A DNA stretch of 64,000 nt from the NCBI GenBank assembly GCA_034431195.1, contig DAOUDP010000025.1:20220-84219 (forward strand), read 5' to 3'. The DNA comes from Dehalococcoidia bacterium. GTDB lineage: Bacteria; Chloroflexota; Dehalococcoidia; GIF9; AB-539-J10. The notes under the pieces are model-generated. The model was not told the DNA's origin and ran no database searches. It was given only the letters and a program-made list of their open reading frames with translations. Both the position numbers and the translations under genes were made by a program. This document shows positions 1 to 9,095 of this stretch, one piece after another. The first letter of the stretch is position 1. Each line of letters begins with the position of its first letter.

Positions 1-51
1 CCTTGGCTGGTGGGGGCAGATAGAAGGAGGGGGAATTTCACCCCACCCTTG

Positions 52-74
52 CCCTCTCCCATCGAGGGAGAGGG
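52..74. repeat. Palindromic CCCTCTCCC-N5-GGGAGAGGG hairpin (REP-like)
   Basis: Perfect 9-bp inverted repeat 52-60/66-74 downstream of the convergent beta-oxidation operon. Confidence 0.6.
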
Positions 75-105
75 AATTTCTGCTGGCTATGGCAGTCACG
101 AAAAA

Positions 106-139
106 GCCTCGCAATGACCGCCTTCCATCATTGCGAGGC
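106..139. repeat. GTCATTGCGAG-family inverted repeat (REP-like, possible terminator)
   Basis: gcctcgcaatga (106-117) pairs with tcattgcgaggc (128-139); same core as the repeats at 11.4 kb, 16.4 kb and 46.1 kb. Confidence 0.75.
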
Positions 140-163
140 AGGGTATAGAAACGGGCTTGATGA

Positions 164-1312
164 TCAGACCTCGATTTTCCCTTCCTTCATCGTATCAGTC
201 GGTTTAAACACTCCTACGTTAAATCTCTGAGCAAGAGCTTCACATCTCCTGGTCAATTCAGCATATCCTATGCCCTTTGCAAGCTGGAAGGGGCCGAAGC
301 CGCCTCCTCCATTGACTATTGCGGTATCAATATCGGAGGCGCTCTTTGCCACTCCCTCGTCAAGCAGTTTCGTTGCTTCATTTACCTGCAAGGCAATGAG
401 GTCATTCACACTGAACTCTTTAGTAGCCTTTGAGGTATCTATTGTAGGTCTACCTGCAGACCAATCGTAAAAGCCTTTGCCGGTCTTCTTCCCGAGTTCG
501 CCTGCGTTAACCTTCTGTTCAAGTGCTGTTCCTCTATAATCCGGAGAAAGCCCATCGTGGAGATACTTGAGCGAGTGATAAGCGATATCAATTCCTACGA
601 AATCCAGCAGCTCATAAGGAGCCATAGGCATCACTGCCTTGAACGCACCATCAAACTCCTCCGGAGATACAATTTTTTTCTCCAGTATTAGCTCAAGCAA
701 AAGCATGACAGGGGCATTTACTCTGTTGTAAATGAATGAAGGAGAGTCTTTCTCAACCCTGACTGGAGCCTTGCCTGTGTTCTTCGCTAAATCATATGTG
801 ACCTGCATGGTCTCCTCGCTTGTCTTTTCTCCCTTTGTCACCTCAACGAGCTTCATCCTGACGGCAGGGTTAAAGAAGTGCATTCCGACAACCTTGTCCG
901 GCCTGTTCGTCGCTTTTGCTATCTCGGTGATGCTCATGTTCGAGGTGTTTGTCGCAAGAATGGCATGCTCTGGTGCAAACTTATCCAAGTCCTTGTAAAC
1001 TGATTTCTTAATATCCATGACCTCAGGAACTGCTTCAATCACAAAGTCAGCATCTTTAACTGCCTCCTCGATGCTAATAGTTGTCTCAAGCCTGTTTAGC
1101 AGCTCATCCCTTTGTTCTGCGGTTAGCTTTCCCTTGGCAACAAAAAATCTCTCCAGGCTGTCCTTAATCCCCTGGACGCCTCGGTCAATGAACCTCTGCT
1201 CGATATCCCTCATGGCTACCTTGTAGCCGCTCATCAGTGCAACTTGGGCCATCCCATGCCCCATATCTCCTGCACCCATTACCGCTATCTTTTTAATTTC
1301 TTCGACCTTCAT
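164..1312 (-). CDS. 3-hydroxyacyl-CoA dehydrogenase (NAD-binding domain plus two C-terminal 3HCDH-type domains)
   Basis: GAGDMGHG Rossmann motif, EAVPE, ATNTS, GMHFFNP, GKKTGKGFY; extra C-terminal LLDEGVA..DID..GGG repeat; AGGAGG RBS. Confidence 0.92.
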   Translation of the reverse strand: MKVEEIKKIAVMGAGDMGHGMAQVALMSGYKVAMRDIEQRFIDRGVQGIKDSLERFFVAKGKLTAEQRDELLNRLETTISIEEAVKDADFVIEAVPEVMDIKKSVYKDLDKFAPEHAILATNTSNMSITEIAKATNRPDKVVGMHFFNPAVRMKLVEVTKGEKTSEETMQVTYDLAKNTGKAPVRVEKDSPSFIYNRVNAPVMLLLELILEKKIVSPEEFDGAFKAVMPMAPYELLDFVGIDIAYHSLKYLHDGLSPDYRGTALEQKVNAGELGKKTGKGFYDWSAGRPTIDTSKATKEFSVNDLIALQVNEATKLLDEGVAKSASDIDTAIVNGGGGFGPFQLAKGIGYAELTRRCEALAQRFNVGVFKPTDTMKEGKIEV

Positions 1313-1339
1313 TCTGACCTCCTTTTTAATTTATACTGT

Positions 1340-2110
1340 TTATTCCCCCTTGAATTGGGCCTCTCTTTTTTCTAGAAATGCTGTTATTCCCTCTATGGCA
1401 TCTTTTGAGCTTGACACCATGTTGAGGTTTTTCCCTTCGACCTTCAGTCCTTCTTCAAGTGTTGTTTCGAGTCCGAGGGTGACTGATTCCAGAATAGCCT
1501 TAACGGCAAGCGGCGCCTGCTTTGCCAATCTGTGGGCAAGGTCCTTGGCATCATTCATTAATTCCCCCGGTTGAGAGACCGTGTTGATAAGACCGATGTT
1601 CAAAGCTTCAGGAGCATTTATTCTCTTTCCGAAGACGAGCATATCCATTGCCCTTGTTTTCCCGATTAACCTGGGCATCCTCTGTGTGCCACCCCAGCCG
1701 GGAATGATGCCGAGGTTGACCTCAGGGCAGCCGATCTTGGCCTTCTCCGTACTGACCATGACTCTGAAATGGCAGGCCATCGTTAGCTCACAGCCACCTC
1801 CTAAGGCATAGCCATTTATCGCAGCGACCACAGGCTTGGGATATCTTTCGATTCGAGTAAATACCGCCCGCCCCTTGTTACCAATCTCTGCTGCCCTTGC
1901 TGCCTCGGTAACATCAAAACCGGCCGAGAATCCCTTCTCACCGGCACCGGTGATGATCAATGCCCGTACCTCTTTATCCTCCTCGAATGGGTCCAGTGCC
2001 CTGTCAAGGTCCTCGAGCAAAGCGAAATTTACCGAATTAGCTGGTGGTCGGTTCAAAGTGATTATCCCGATATTGCCTTCCTTCTCCACAATCAAAGTTT
2101 CATAAGCCAT
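1340..2110 (-). CDS. Enoyl-CoA hydratase/isomerase (crotonase family)
   Basis: ITLNRPPAN, FSAGFD, ALGGGCEL, PEVNLGIIPGWGGTQR (both catalytic Glu present). Confidence 0.95.
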   Translation of the reverse strand: MAYETLIVEKEGNIGIITLNRPPANSVNFALLEDLDRALDPFEEDKEVRALIITGAGEKGFSAGFDVTEAARAAEIGNKGRAVFTRIERYPKPVVAAINGYALGGGCELTMACHFRVMVSTEKAKIGCPEVNLGIIPGWGGTQRMPRLIGKTRAMDMLVFGKRINAPEALNIGLINTVSQPGELMNDAKDLAHRLAKQAPLAVKAILESVTLGLETTLEEGLKVEGKNLNMVSSSKDAIEGITAFLEKREAQFKGE

Positions 2111-2195
2111 CCTATCCCTCCTTCATAGTTTCCTTTGTGCATCATGGCAAAACACGACTTTCTCGATAATCCCCTTTCTGGATATCTGTCCTAAG

Positions 2196-3404
2196 CTATT
2201 TTATCCTCTCAATTATGGTTGCAGTACCCTGTCCACCACCAACACAAGGCGTGGCAAGACCAAGTCTCCCCCCTTCCACATCCAGTATCCTGGCCAATGT
2301 TCCTACAAGCCTTGTTCCGGTAGCACCGAGTGGATGACCAATTGCCGTGGCTCCACCCTTCACATTCACTTTATCGGGGTCTATCCCTAACTCTTTTATG
2401 GCGTTGATTGTTACAATGGCAAACGCCTCGTTGATTTCCCAGAAATCAATATCCTTAACCTCCATCCCGGCATGCTTTAGAGCCATTCTGCTTGCTGGAA
2501 TTGGGCCCAATCCCATGACACTCGGGTCAACACCAGCCCATCCCATGGAGATAATTTTAGCTAGAGGTTTAAGCCCGGATGCCTTTGCCTTTTTGCTTGA
2601 CATTAATATCATCATACATGCGGCGGCGTTTAACGGAGAGGAGTTCCCCGGGGTTATGTTCCCATCTGGTTTAAAAGACGGCTGCAATTGGGCAAGGGCC
2701 TCTATAGTTGTATTTGGCCTGATGCTCACATCATGGTCAATGACCTGCTTTGTGCCGTCTGGCATTGTCACTTCGACGGGCATTATTTCGCCCTTAAAAA
2801 ACCCCTCTTCCAGCGCCTTGGCTGCCGTTTGATGACTTCTAAGCGCCCACCGGTCCATATCCTCTCTGGTGAAATCGGTCTGGTCGAACAATTTTTCTGC
2901 AGTGAGGCCCATATTGTATGTCGTCATTATCTCGTATTTGGCATACTCTGGTTCTGAAAACAATTTTGGATTTGGCTCCACTTTTATTTTGCTGGGGTCA
3001 ATCCCGGGCCCCGGCATGGGATTGTGTGTCATGTGTTCAATCCCACCTGCAATGACGATGTCTGAATATCCAAGCATTATCTCCATAGCACCTTGATGTA
3101 TGGTGGACATCGCTGAGGCGCACTGCCTGTCGATTTGCTGAGCGGGAACGTTGAATGGCAATCCTGCCAGAAATGCAATGTTCCTTCCTCCATAGAGCCA
3201 CTGTTCGCCGAAGGGAAAAGCAGTTCCGGTTAGCACGTCGTTGATTTCCTCTGGCTTAATTCGGGTTCTCTCAATAAGTTTTTTTATCAATGTCGCGGCA
3301 ACATCATCCATCCTCAAGCTGTTGAACACATCCCTTTCTGGCTCTCTTGGTCTCGACCTTGAAAATGGCGACCTTAGATAATCAACTATTACTGCATCTT
3401 CCAT
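2196..3404 (-). CDS. Acetyl-CoA C-acyltransferase (thiolase)
   Basis: RQCASAM catalytic Cys, NEAF, GHPLGATG, CVGGG motifs. Confidence 0.95.
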   Translation of the reverse strand: MEDAVIVDYLRSPFSRSRPREPERDVFNSLRMDDVAATLIKKLIERTRIKPEEINDVLTGTAFPFGEQWLYGGRNIAFLAGLPFNVPAQQIDRQCASAMSTIHQGAMEIMLGYSDIVIAGGIEHMTHNPMPGPGIDPSKIKVEPNPKLFSEPEYAKYEIMTTYNMGLTAEKLFDQTDFTREDMDRWALRSHQTAAKALEEGFFKGEIMPVEVTMPDGTKQVIDHDVSIRPNTTIEALAQLQPSFKPDGNITPGNSSPLNAAACMMILMSSKKAKASGLKPLAKIISMGWAGVDPSVMGLGPIPASRMALKHAGMEVKDIDFWEINEAFAIVTINAIKELGIDPDKVNVKGGATAIGHPLGATGTRLVGTLARILDVEGGRLGLATPCVGGGQGTATIIERIK

Positions 3405-3504
3405 TAAAACTACCCCCTTTTAAAATTTTGTAGATCTGAGTTGCAGTACCCGCCCGATTATATATCTGGGCAAGGTTAATGTCAATTAAAAATATCTTAT
3501 TTTC

Positions 3505-5043
3505 TCACTTGGTGCGAGATACCAGGCTATCCAGCTCCGTGTACGTTTGTTTAAGGTTGTGATAAAGCTTACGATAAATTTGATGATACTCGTGATATCT
3601 ACAAACATTTTGAGGAACAGGCTGAATGTGCTCTTTTATGGCAATTGTATTCGAGCAAGCCTGTTTACAGGAATTGTAGACGCCGGCACCGACTCCAGCT
3701 AGCAGGGCAGCACCAAACGCTGCGGCATGTTCAACCTGGGTGGTAACAACTTCTCTGTCGAAGACATCGGCTTGAATTTGCCGCCACAGTTTGCTACGTG
3801 CGCCGCCACCGGTGAGCCGCACTTGGATGATTTTTAGTTGCTGTTCCTCGATGATGTCCAGCGAATCTTTAAGGCCGTAAGCCACTCCCTCCATGATAGA
3901 CCGTATGATATGGGCACGGGTATGGTGCGGCATGATGCCAAACAGGACACCCTTGGCATAGGGGTCCAGGTGAGGAGTGCGTTCACCCTGAAGGTAAGGA
4001 AGGAAGATGAGTCCCTGGCATCCTGGTGGTGCTTGAGCTGCCTCTTCGCTCATCAATCTATAGACATCCCGATGAGCACGGTCTTCTGTTTCTTTTTCCC
4101 TGGCGAAGAAGTTATCCCGCAGCCAGCGCAGGGAGAGGCCAGCAGCTTGCATAACCCCCATCAGGTACCATTTAGAGGGGACTGAATGATTGAAAGTATG
4201 AATTCTGTGGAGGGAATCACATTTTACAGAATCGGAATGGGCGAAGATTACCCCTGAGGTACCAATGCTGGAAGACGCCAAACCTTCCGTTACAATGCCA
4301 GTACCGATGGCGGCGCAAGCGTTATCTGCGCCTCCAGCAACTATAGGGATTCCTTTTTTGAGATTAGTTGCTTCAGCGGCTTCCTTGGTAATCTGCCCAC
4401 AGATGTCAATAGACTCTACACAGGGCGGCATCCATTCCTGCGGTATGTTTAAAGCTTTCAAAATTTCCGGTGACCAGCTTCTATTGGTAACATCAAAAAA
4501 TAGTGACCCAGCGGCGTCGGATACTTCGGTCATCAATTCACCGCTGAGGCAGAACCGTATATAGTCCTTTGGTAACAATAAAGTGGAAATCTTGTCATAG
4601 AGCTGCGGCTCATTTTCTCTGACCCATAGAAGCTTGGGAGCGGTAAAGCCTGGCAGTGCTGGGTTACAAGCCAGCGCTATTAGCTTATCTTTGTCAACTT
4701 TTTCCATAATCCAGCGGCATTGCTCATCAGTGCGCTGGTCCGACCAGATAATGCATGGACGCAAGACCCTATGCTCCTTATCCAGAAGCACCAGGCCGTG
4801 CATTTGTCCCGATACGCCTATACCTTTAATGTCTCGTGGGGAAATTCCAGAGCTGGCCATGACTGCTGTTAAAGAAGATGCCGTAGCCTGCCACCACTCA
4901 TGAGGGCTCTGCTCCGCCCAGCGTAATCTGGGATGTCTTGTTTCGTAGGAGCAAAAGGCGATGGTAACTGCTTGACCGGCGGTGTTGAAAATGCCGGTCC
5001 TGGCTCCCGTAGTTCCAATATCAATGCCGATGAGATATTCCAT
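3505..5043 (-). CDS. xylB: Xylulokinase (FGGY kinase)
   Basis: GIDIGTT, SGQMHG, GFTAPKLLW, PKDY, SDAAG, GGADNA, PYLQGERTPH, GGGARS. Confidence 0.9.
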   Translation of the reverse strand: MEYLIGIDIGTTGARTGIFNTAGQAVTIAFCSYETRHPRLRWAEQSPHEWWQATASSLTAVMASSGISPRDIKGIGVSGQMHGLVLLDKEHRVLRPCIIWSDQRTDEQCRWIMEKVDKDKLIALACNPALPGFTAPKLLWVRENEPQLYDKISTLLLPKDYIRFCLSGELMTEVSDAAGSLFFDVTNRSWSPEILKALNIPQEWMPPCVESIDICGQITKEAAEATNLKKGIPIVAGGADNACAAIGTGIVTEGLASSSIGTSGVIFAHSDSVKCDSLHRIHTFNHSVPSKWYLMGVMQAAGLSLRWLRDNFFAREKETEDRAHRDVYRLMSEEAAQAPPGCQGLIFLPYLQGERTPHLDPYAKGVLFGIMPHHTRAHIIRSIMEGVAYGLKDSLDIIEEQQLKIIQVRLTGGGARSKLWRQIQADVFDREVVTTQVEHAAAFGAALLAGVGAGVYNSCKQACSNTIAIKEHIQPVPQNVCRYHEYHQIYRKLYHNLKQTYTELDSLVSRTK

Positions 5044-5077
5044 GATTATTTTCTCGTGGGTTTAGTATGCTCTTCGG

Positions 5078-6139
5078 TTACACTGCCTGTTCACGGCTTC
5101 GCATAATGTCCGTTACAAATTTCCTGTTTAAGCCAAGGGCTTCAAAAACAACAGCCAGACTCTTGAGGGCGTCCTTCTGTTTACGAGCTTGAGAGAGAGC
5201 CTCCTTGTTAACCTTCTCCGCCAGGTTGTCAATAAATTCCCATTGCAGAACGCATTGCTTTGCCGCTTGTATTGGGTCTTCGGTGTAAGGGAATATGTCG
5301 AAACCGATTCTTTCCCCTTTGCTACCATAGTTAATGCGTCTCAGTTCTATAGCAAGCTCCAACGTTTCCATAAAGCGAGTGGCACCCACGATATTATCAT
5401 CATCAAAAATCCCCCAACCGCTATTGCCATGCTGGTGCCCCAGCAGATTCTCCTTGTTTAACAAGGCAGCATACTCGGCCAGTGATTCACCGTTCATTAT
5501 AAGGTGTTGCCAATCCATGTTTATCTTCAGGCGACTCACATCAACGCCCATTCTTTCCAGTTTGCGGATGACAAAAATGGTCATACCTATGTTGCGCATC
5601 AATATCTTCATCGCTGGTTCACTGCATTTGTGCTCCAGTAGAACAGTAACATTCTTGCTATTGGCGTAGTCTACTGATTCAGCCAGGCAGGCGATAAAGC
5701 TATCCCAGATGTCTTCGTAATCCGCCTGAAAGGGGTAATTGTAGCCCTCGCCACCCGGCCATATGATAAATTTCGCTTCGATATCCCCAGCGAGGTCGAT
5801 AGCTTCTTTGGTGCGAGTTACGGCAGCTCTTCTTGTTTGTTTATCGGGATGAGTAAAAGCTCCCGAGGCGAATTTAGGGTCTGTGTGTAATCCACTGGCA
5901 ATAGCATAGATATCTTTGTCCGCCAATACTCGTTGCAATTTGTCCACATTTGTTTCATTTATTTCCCCCGGGTAGTGGAATTCATAGCCATCGATAAGAT
6001 TACCAAGCCCAGCGACTACTTTTTCCATTCTTTGCACCATGCTCAGTTTTTCTGCCCCGCGATGATAACCCACGGGGAGGAACCTGGTAGCCAGGGAACC
6101 AAACGCCCACACACCAAGGCTATTTTTGACTCTACCCAT
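5078..6139 (-). CDS. Xylose isomerase-like TIM-barrel sugar isomerase (divergent)
   Basis: FHYP, IIWPGGEG, EHKCSEP, DWQH, HQHGN..DDD, GFDIFP metal-ligand pattern; co-transcribed with xylB; GGAGGTG RBS. Confidence 0.75.
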   Translation of the reverse strand: MGRVKNSLGVWAFGSLATRFLPVGYHRGAEKLSMVQRMEKVVAGLGNLIDGYEFHYPGEINETNVDKLQRVLADKDIYAIASGLHTDPKFASGAFTHPDKQTRRAAVTRTKEAIDLAGDIEAKFIIWPGGEGYNYPFQADYEDIWDSFIACLAESVDYANSKNVTVLLEHKCSEPAMKILMRNIGMTIFVIRKLERMGVDVSRLKINMDWQHLIMNGESLAEYAALLNKENLLGHQHGNSGWGIFDDDNIVGATRFMETLELAIELRRINYGSKGERIGFDIFPYTEDPIQAAKQCVLQWEFIDNLAEKVNKEALSQARKQKDALKSLAVVFEALGLNRKFVTDIMRSREQAV

Positions 6140-6349
6140 GCTTGTTTCACCTCCGTTCCGTATTTGCAGCCTGGAGCATCAGGACTATTTTAGTCGATGT
6201 AGACCACGAAACCAATTATCTATCAATAACAAAGAGTTGACCCTACCCTATAAATGTGCGCAAGAATCTTGATACTACTGTGTAATTATGATATTTTCTT
6301 TAATCTTACAGGCAATATCGATTGCCAGGCACAGGGGTTCATTTACTTT

Positions 6350-6377
6350 AAGAGGGCTACATGAAGAGGGCTACATG
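6350..6377 (+). repeat. 14-bp tandem duplication AAGAGGGCTACATG x2 covering an RBS and ATG
   Basis: Exact copies at 6350-6363 and 6364-6377. Confidence 0.85.
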
Positions 6378-7679
6378 AAAGCTAAGGTTAAAGTTATTTT
6401 TCCAGCCTTAAAACAAGGTGAACCTGGTTGGCCATATATAGATTATGACTATAAAAGAAGAACCGAGGAGATAATATCTAAACTAGAAGAAAATATTCCT
6501 GAGATTGAATTTTCAAAAGCCATTCTTTATTCACCTGAAGAAGCAAGAAAAATGCTTGATGCCGAAAAAGGAAATTATGATGGATACCTAGTTTACTTAA
6601 CCACATTATGGACCGGAATTCCTGAATTTACGGCCCTAAATTATCATCCAGTTATTGTTGCTGATGAACTTTTCTCAGGCTCAGGAGGGTTTATCAACAC
6701 TCATTCTTTAATTAAAAGAGAAAAACTTCCTGTTGTTTCGATCGCCTCTTCTAATTTTAAGGATATAGTGGATGGAGTGAAATTGTTTCCTGTTATAAAG
6801 AAGATGAAAAATTCGCGGATTCTAGCGGTTTTTGATGAAGAAGGCTTCTTTGTGAATAGCTACGTGATAAATAAAATAAGAGAAATCTTTGGAACAGAAG
6901 TATTACAGATGAAATCTGAGGAGATAAATTCTTATTACCGAGAAGTTGATGTAAGTGAAGCGGAGAAAATCAAGACAAAATGGATAAAGGAGGCAGTAAA
7001 AGTAGTTGAGCCGAGTGAGGATGAGATTTTGAAATCAGCAAAATTATTTTTAGCTATTAAAAAAGCTATGGATGATAAGAATGCTGATGCGTCTACAGTT
7101 GATTGTCTTTCCCTGTGTTACGAACATAAGCTACCAGCTTATCCCTGTCTTTCCTTCTTTCAATTGAACAACGACGGTTTAACTGGAGTTTGTGAAGCTG
7201 ATCTTGAGGCAGCAATAACTCAATTATTAATACGATATTTAACTGGTAGACCTGGTTATATTTCAGACCCTGTTATTGATGTTGCCACGAATCAAATCAT
7301 CTATGCTCATTGTGTTGCTACAAACAAGGTTTATGGACCAGACGGGCTTGCCAATCCCTATATTATTCGTTCCCACGCTGAAGACCGCAGGGGAGCATCC
7401 GTGCAATCGCTGATGCCATTAGAGGAGACTGTGACAACGGTAAAGGTAAGCCTTGACAAAGCTTTCGCCATACATCAGGGGAAAACAATAGCAAATGTAG
7501 AACAGGATAAAGGCTGCAGAACTAAATTGGCAGCAGGAGTTGAAGCGGAAAAGATACTGGAGAAATATCATTTTGAGTTATTTAAGTGGCACTTAGTAAC
7601 CTGTTATGGGGATTTTAGGAAACAATTTATTAATTTAGCTACTCTATACGGGCTTGAGATATTTGAGCAAGACAAATAA
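6375..7679 (+). CDS. L-fucose/L-arabinose isomerase-like protein (start revised from 6288 to 6375)
   Basis: STVDCL, YPCL, CEADL, GRPGYISDP, YAHC, IRSHAE, GCRTK, HLVTCYGD pattern of the FucI/AraA-like family; AT-rich. Confidence 0.7.
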   Translation: MKAKVKVIFPALKQGEPGWPYIDYDYKRRTEEIISKLEENIPEIEFSKAILYSPEEARKMLDAEKGNYDGYLVYLTTLWTGIPEFTALNYHPVIVADELFSGSGGFINTHSLIKREKLPVVSIASSNFKDIVDGVKLFPVIKKMKNSRILAVFDEEGFFVNSYVINKIREIFGTEVLQMKSEEINSYYREVDVSEAEKIKTKWIKEAVKVVEPSEDEILKSAKLFLAIKKAMDDKNADASTVDCLSLCYEHKLPAYPCLSFFQLNNDGLTGVCEADLEAAITQLLIRYLTGRPGYISDPVIDVATNQIIYAHCVATNKVYGPDGLANPYIIRSHAEDRRGASVQSLMPLEETVTTVKVSLDKAFAIHQGKTIANVEQDKGCRTKLAAGVEAEKILEKYHFELFKWHLVTCYGDFRKQFINLATLYGLEIFEQDK

Positions 7680-7759
7680 CCAAGAATTAGTGCTACCATT
7701 GTGCTCCCTAGACAGTTGACAATGTCGCCTTTTGGAGCGGGTATAAAGGAGGGTGAGAA

Positions 7760-9079
7760 ATGAGCAGAAATCCACTCCATGCAGATGGCTGTTGGTTTAA
7801 AGATGAAGGGGGTCGGGTGGTCATCTTACGGGGCGTGAACGTTGCCGGCAATAGCAAAATACCTCCCTTTGTGCCGTTCAGCGATACAACCCGTCTTGAT
7901 CCCCTTAAAGAATGGGGAATGAACGTAATTCGCCTGGTGCTGATATGGGAGGCTATCGAGCCTGAGCCGGGGAAATACAATGAGGACTATATTGATGCTA
8001 TGGAGGCGCTGGTAAGCGCTGCAGGGGAACGCGGGATATACGTCATTCTTGATATGCATCAAGACATGTTCTCGCGCTATCTTAATGGTGGCTGTGGAGA
8101 TGGTGCTCCATCCTGGGCTATTGACCCTTCTATTCCTCAAGATGCACCAGCTAACGATGAAAGGTGCATTGACTGGGTTAACGGTCTGAATGACAAAAAT
8201 GTGCTCCGAGCGTTTGATTCCTTCTATGCAAATGTAAATGGCGTTCGCGACCACTACATCTCCATGTGGGCGCATATAGCACGGCGCTTTGGAGACCATC
8301 CCGCAGTGATTGGCTATGACCTGATGAATGAGCCCATCGGCGATGAGGTCTCCCAGCTCGCTCCTCTTTATGAAGATGCCGGAGCAGCTATTCGGGGGTT
8401 TGATCCTGATGGTATCCTGTTCGTTGAGCCAAGCATTTTTACCAGTTTTGGCGCTATCTACTCTCAACTCCCGCCACTTTCCCTGGCTAATTACGCCTAC
8501 GCTCCTCACTTCTACAGCGCATCTCTGCTCATTTCCAATATCTTTTCAACCGCTGAAGCTGATAAGTCTTTCGCTGATTTTAATTCCAAGGTGGAAGAGC
8601 TGGGGGGAGTTCCGTTACTCCTGGGAGAATTTGGAATGTATCCTGAAAAAGCTAGAGTCTCGGAATACATCGATGACATTTATCGAAGGCTCGATGATTG
8701 TTTCTATGGAGGAACCCAATGGAACTACTGCCCTGGTTGGGACTCCACGAAGCTCGATGGTTGGAACAGGGAGAACTACTCAATCATTGATGACAGGGGT
8801 AATATACGCCAGAATTTTAGGGTTAGAGCATGTGCTCAGCGTGTTGCTGGAATACCAAAGAAGCTTGAGGTCAGCGATAAAAGGGTCCGCCTGGAGTGGG
8901 AAAACCAACCGGAACTGGCTGCTCCCACCTTGCTCTATGTTCCATTGGATATCATGTTTAACGGGTCACAATTCGACATAATAGAAGGGGCTTCCGTCCA
9001 TTGTGAGCTTGAGAATCGCTATCTTACCTGCACCGCTTCAGGTTGGGGTACGAGGACTGTGGAGGTCAAAGCAAGATAA
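7760..9079 (+). CDS. Glycoside hydrolase family 5, endoglycoceramidase-like
   Basis: LRGVN, NVIRLVLIWEAIEP, LDMHQD, MNEP acid/base Glu, PHFY, LGEFG nucleophile Glu; no evident signal peptide. Confidence 0.85.
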   Translation: MSRNPLHADGCWFKDEGGRVVILRGVNVAGNSKIPPFVPFSDTTRLDPLKEWGMNVIRLVLIWEAIEPEPGKYNEDYIDAMEALVSAAGERGIYVILDMHQDMFSRYLNGGCGDGAPSWAIDPSIPQDAPANDERCIDWVNGLNDKNVLRAFDSFYANVNGVRDHYISMWAHIARRFGDHPAVIGYDLMNEPIGDEVSQLAPLYEDAGAAIRGFDPDGILFVEPSIFTSFGAIYSQLPPLSLANYAYAPHFYSASLLISNIFSTAEADKSFADFNSKVEELGGVPLLLGEFGMYPEKARVSEYIDDIYRRLDDCFYGGTQWNYCPGWDSTKLDGWNRENYSIIDDRGNIRQNFRVRACAQRVAGIPKKLEVSDKRVRLEWENQPELAAPTLLYVPLDIMFNGSQFDIIEGASVHCELENRYLTCTASGWGTRTVEVKAR

Positions 9080-9095
9080 GGTCTCTATATTGATG

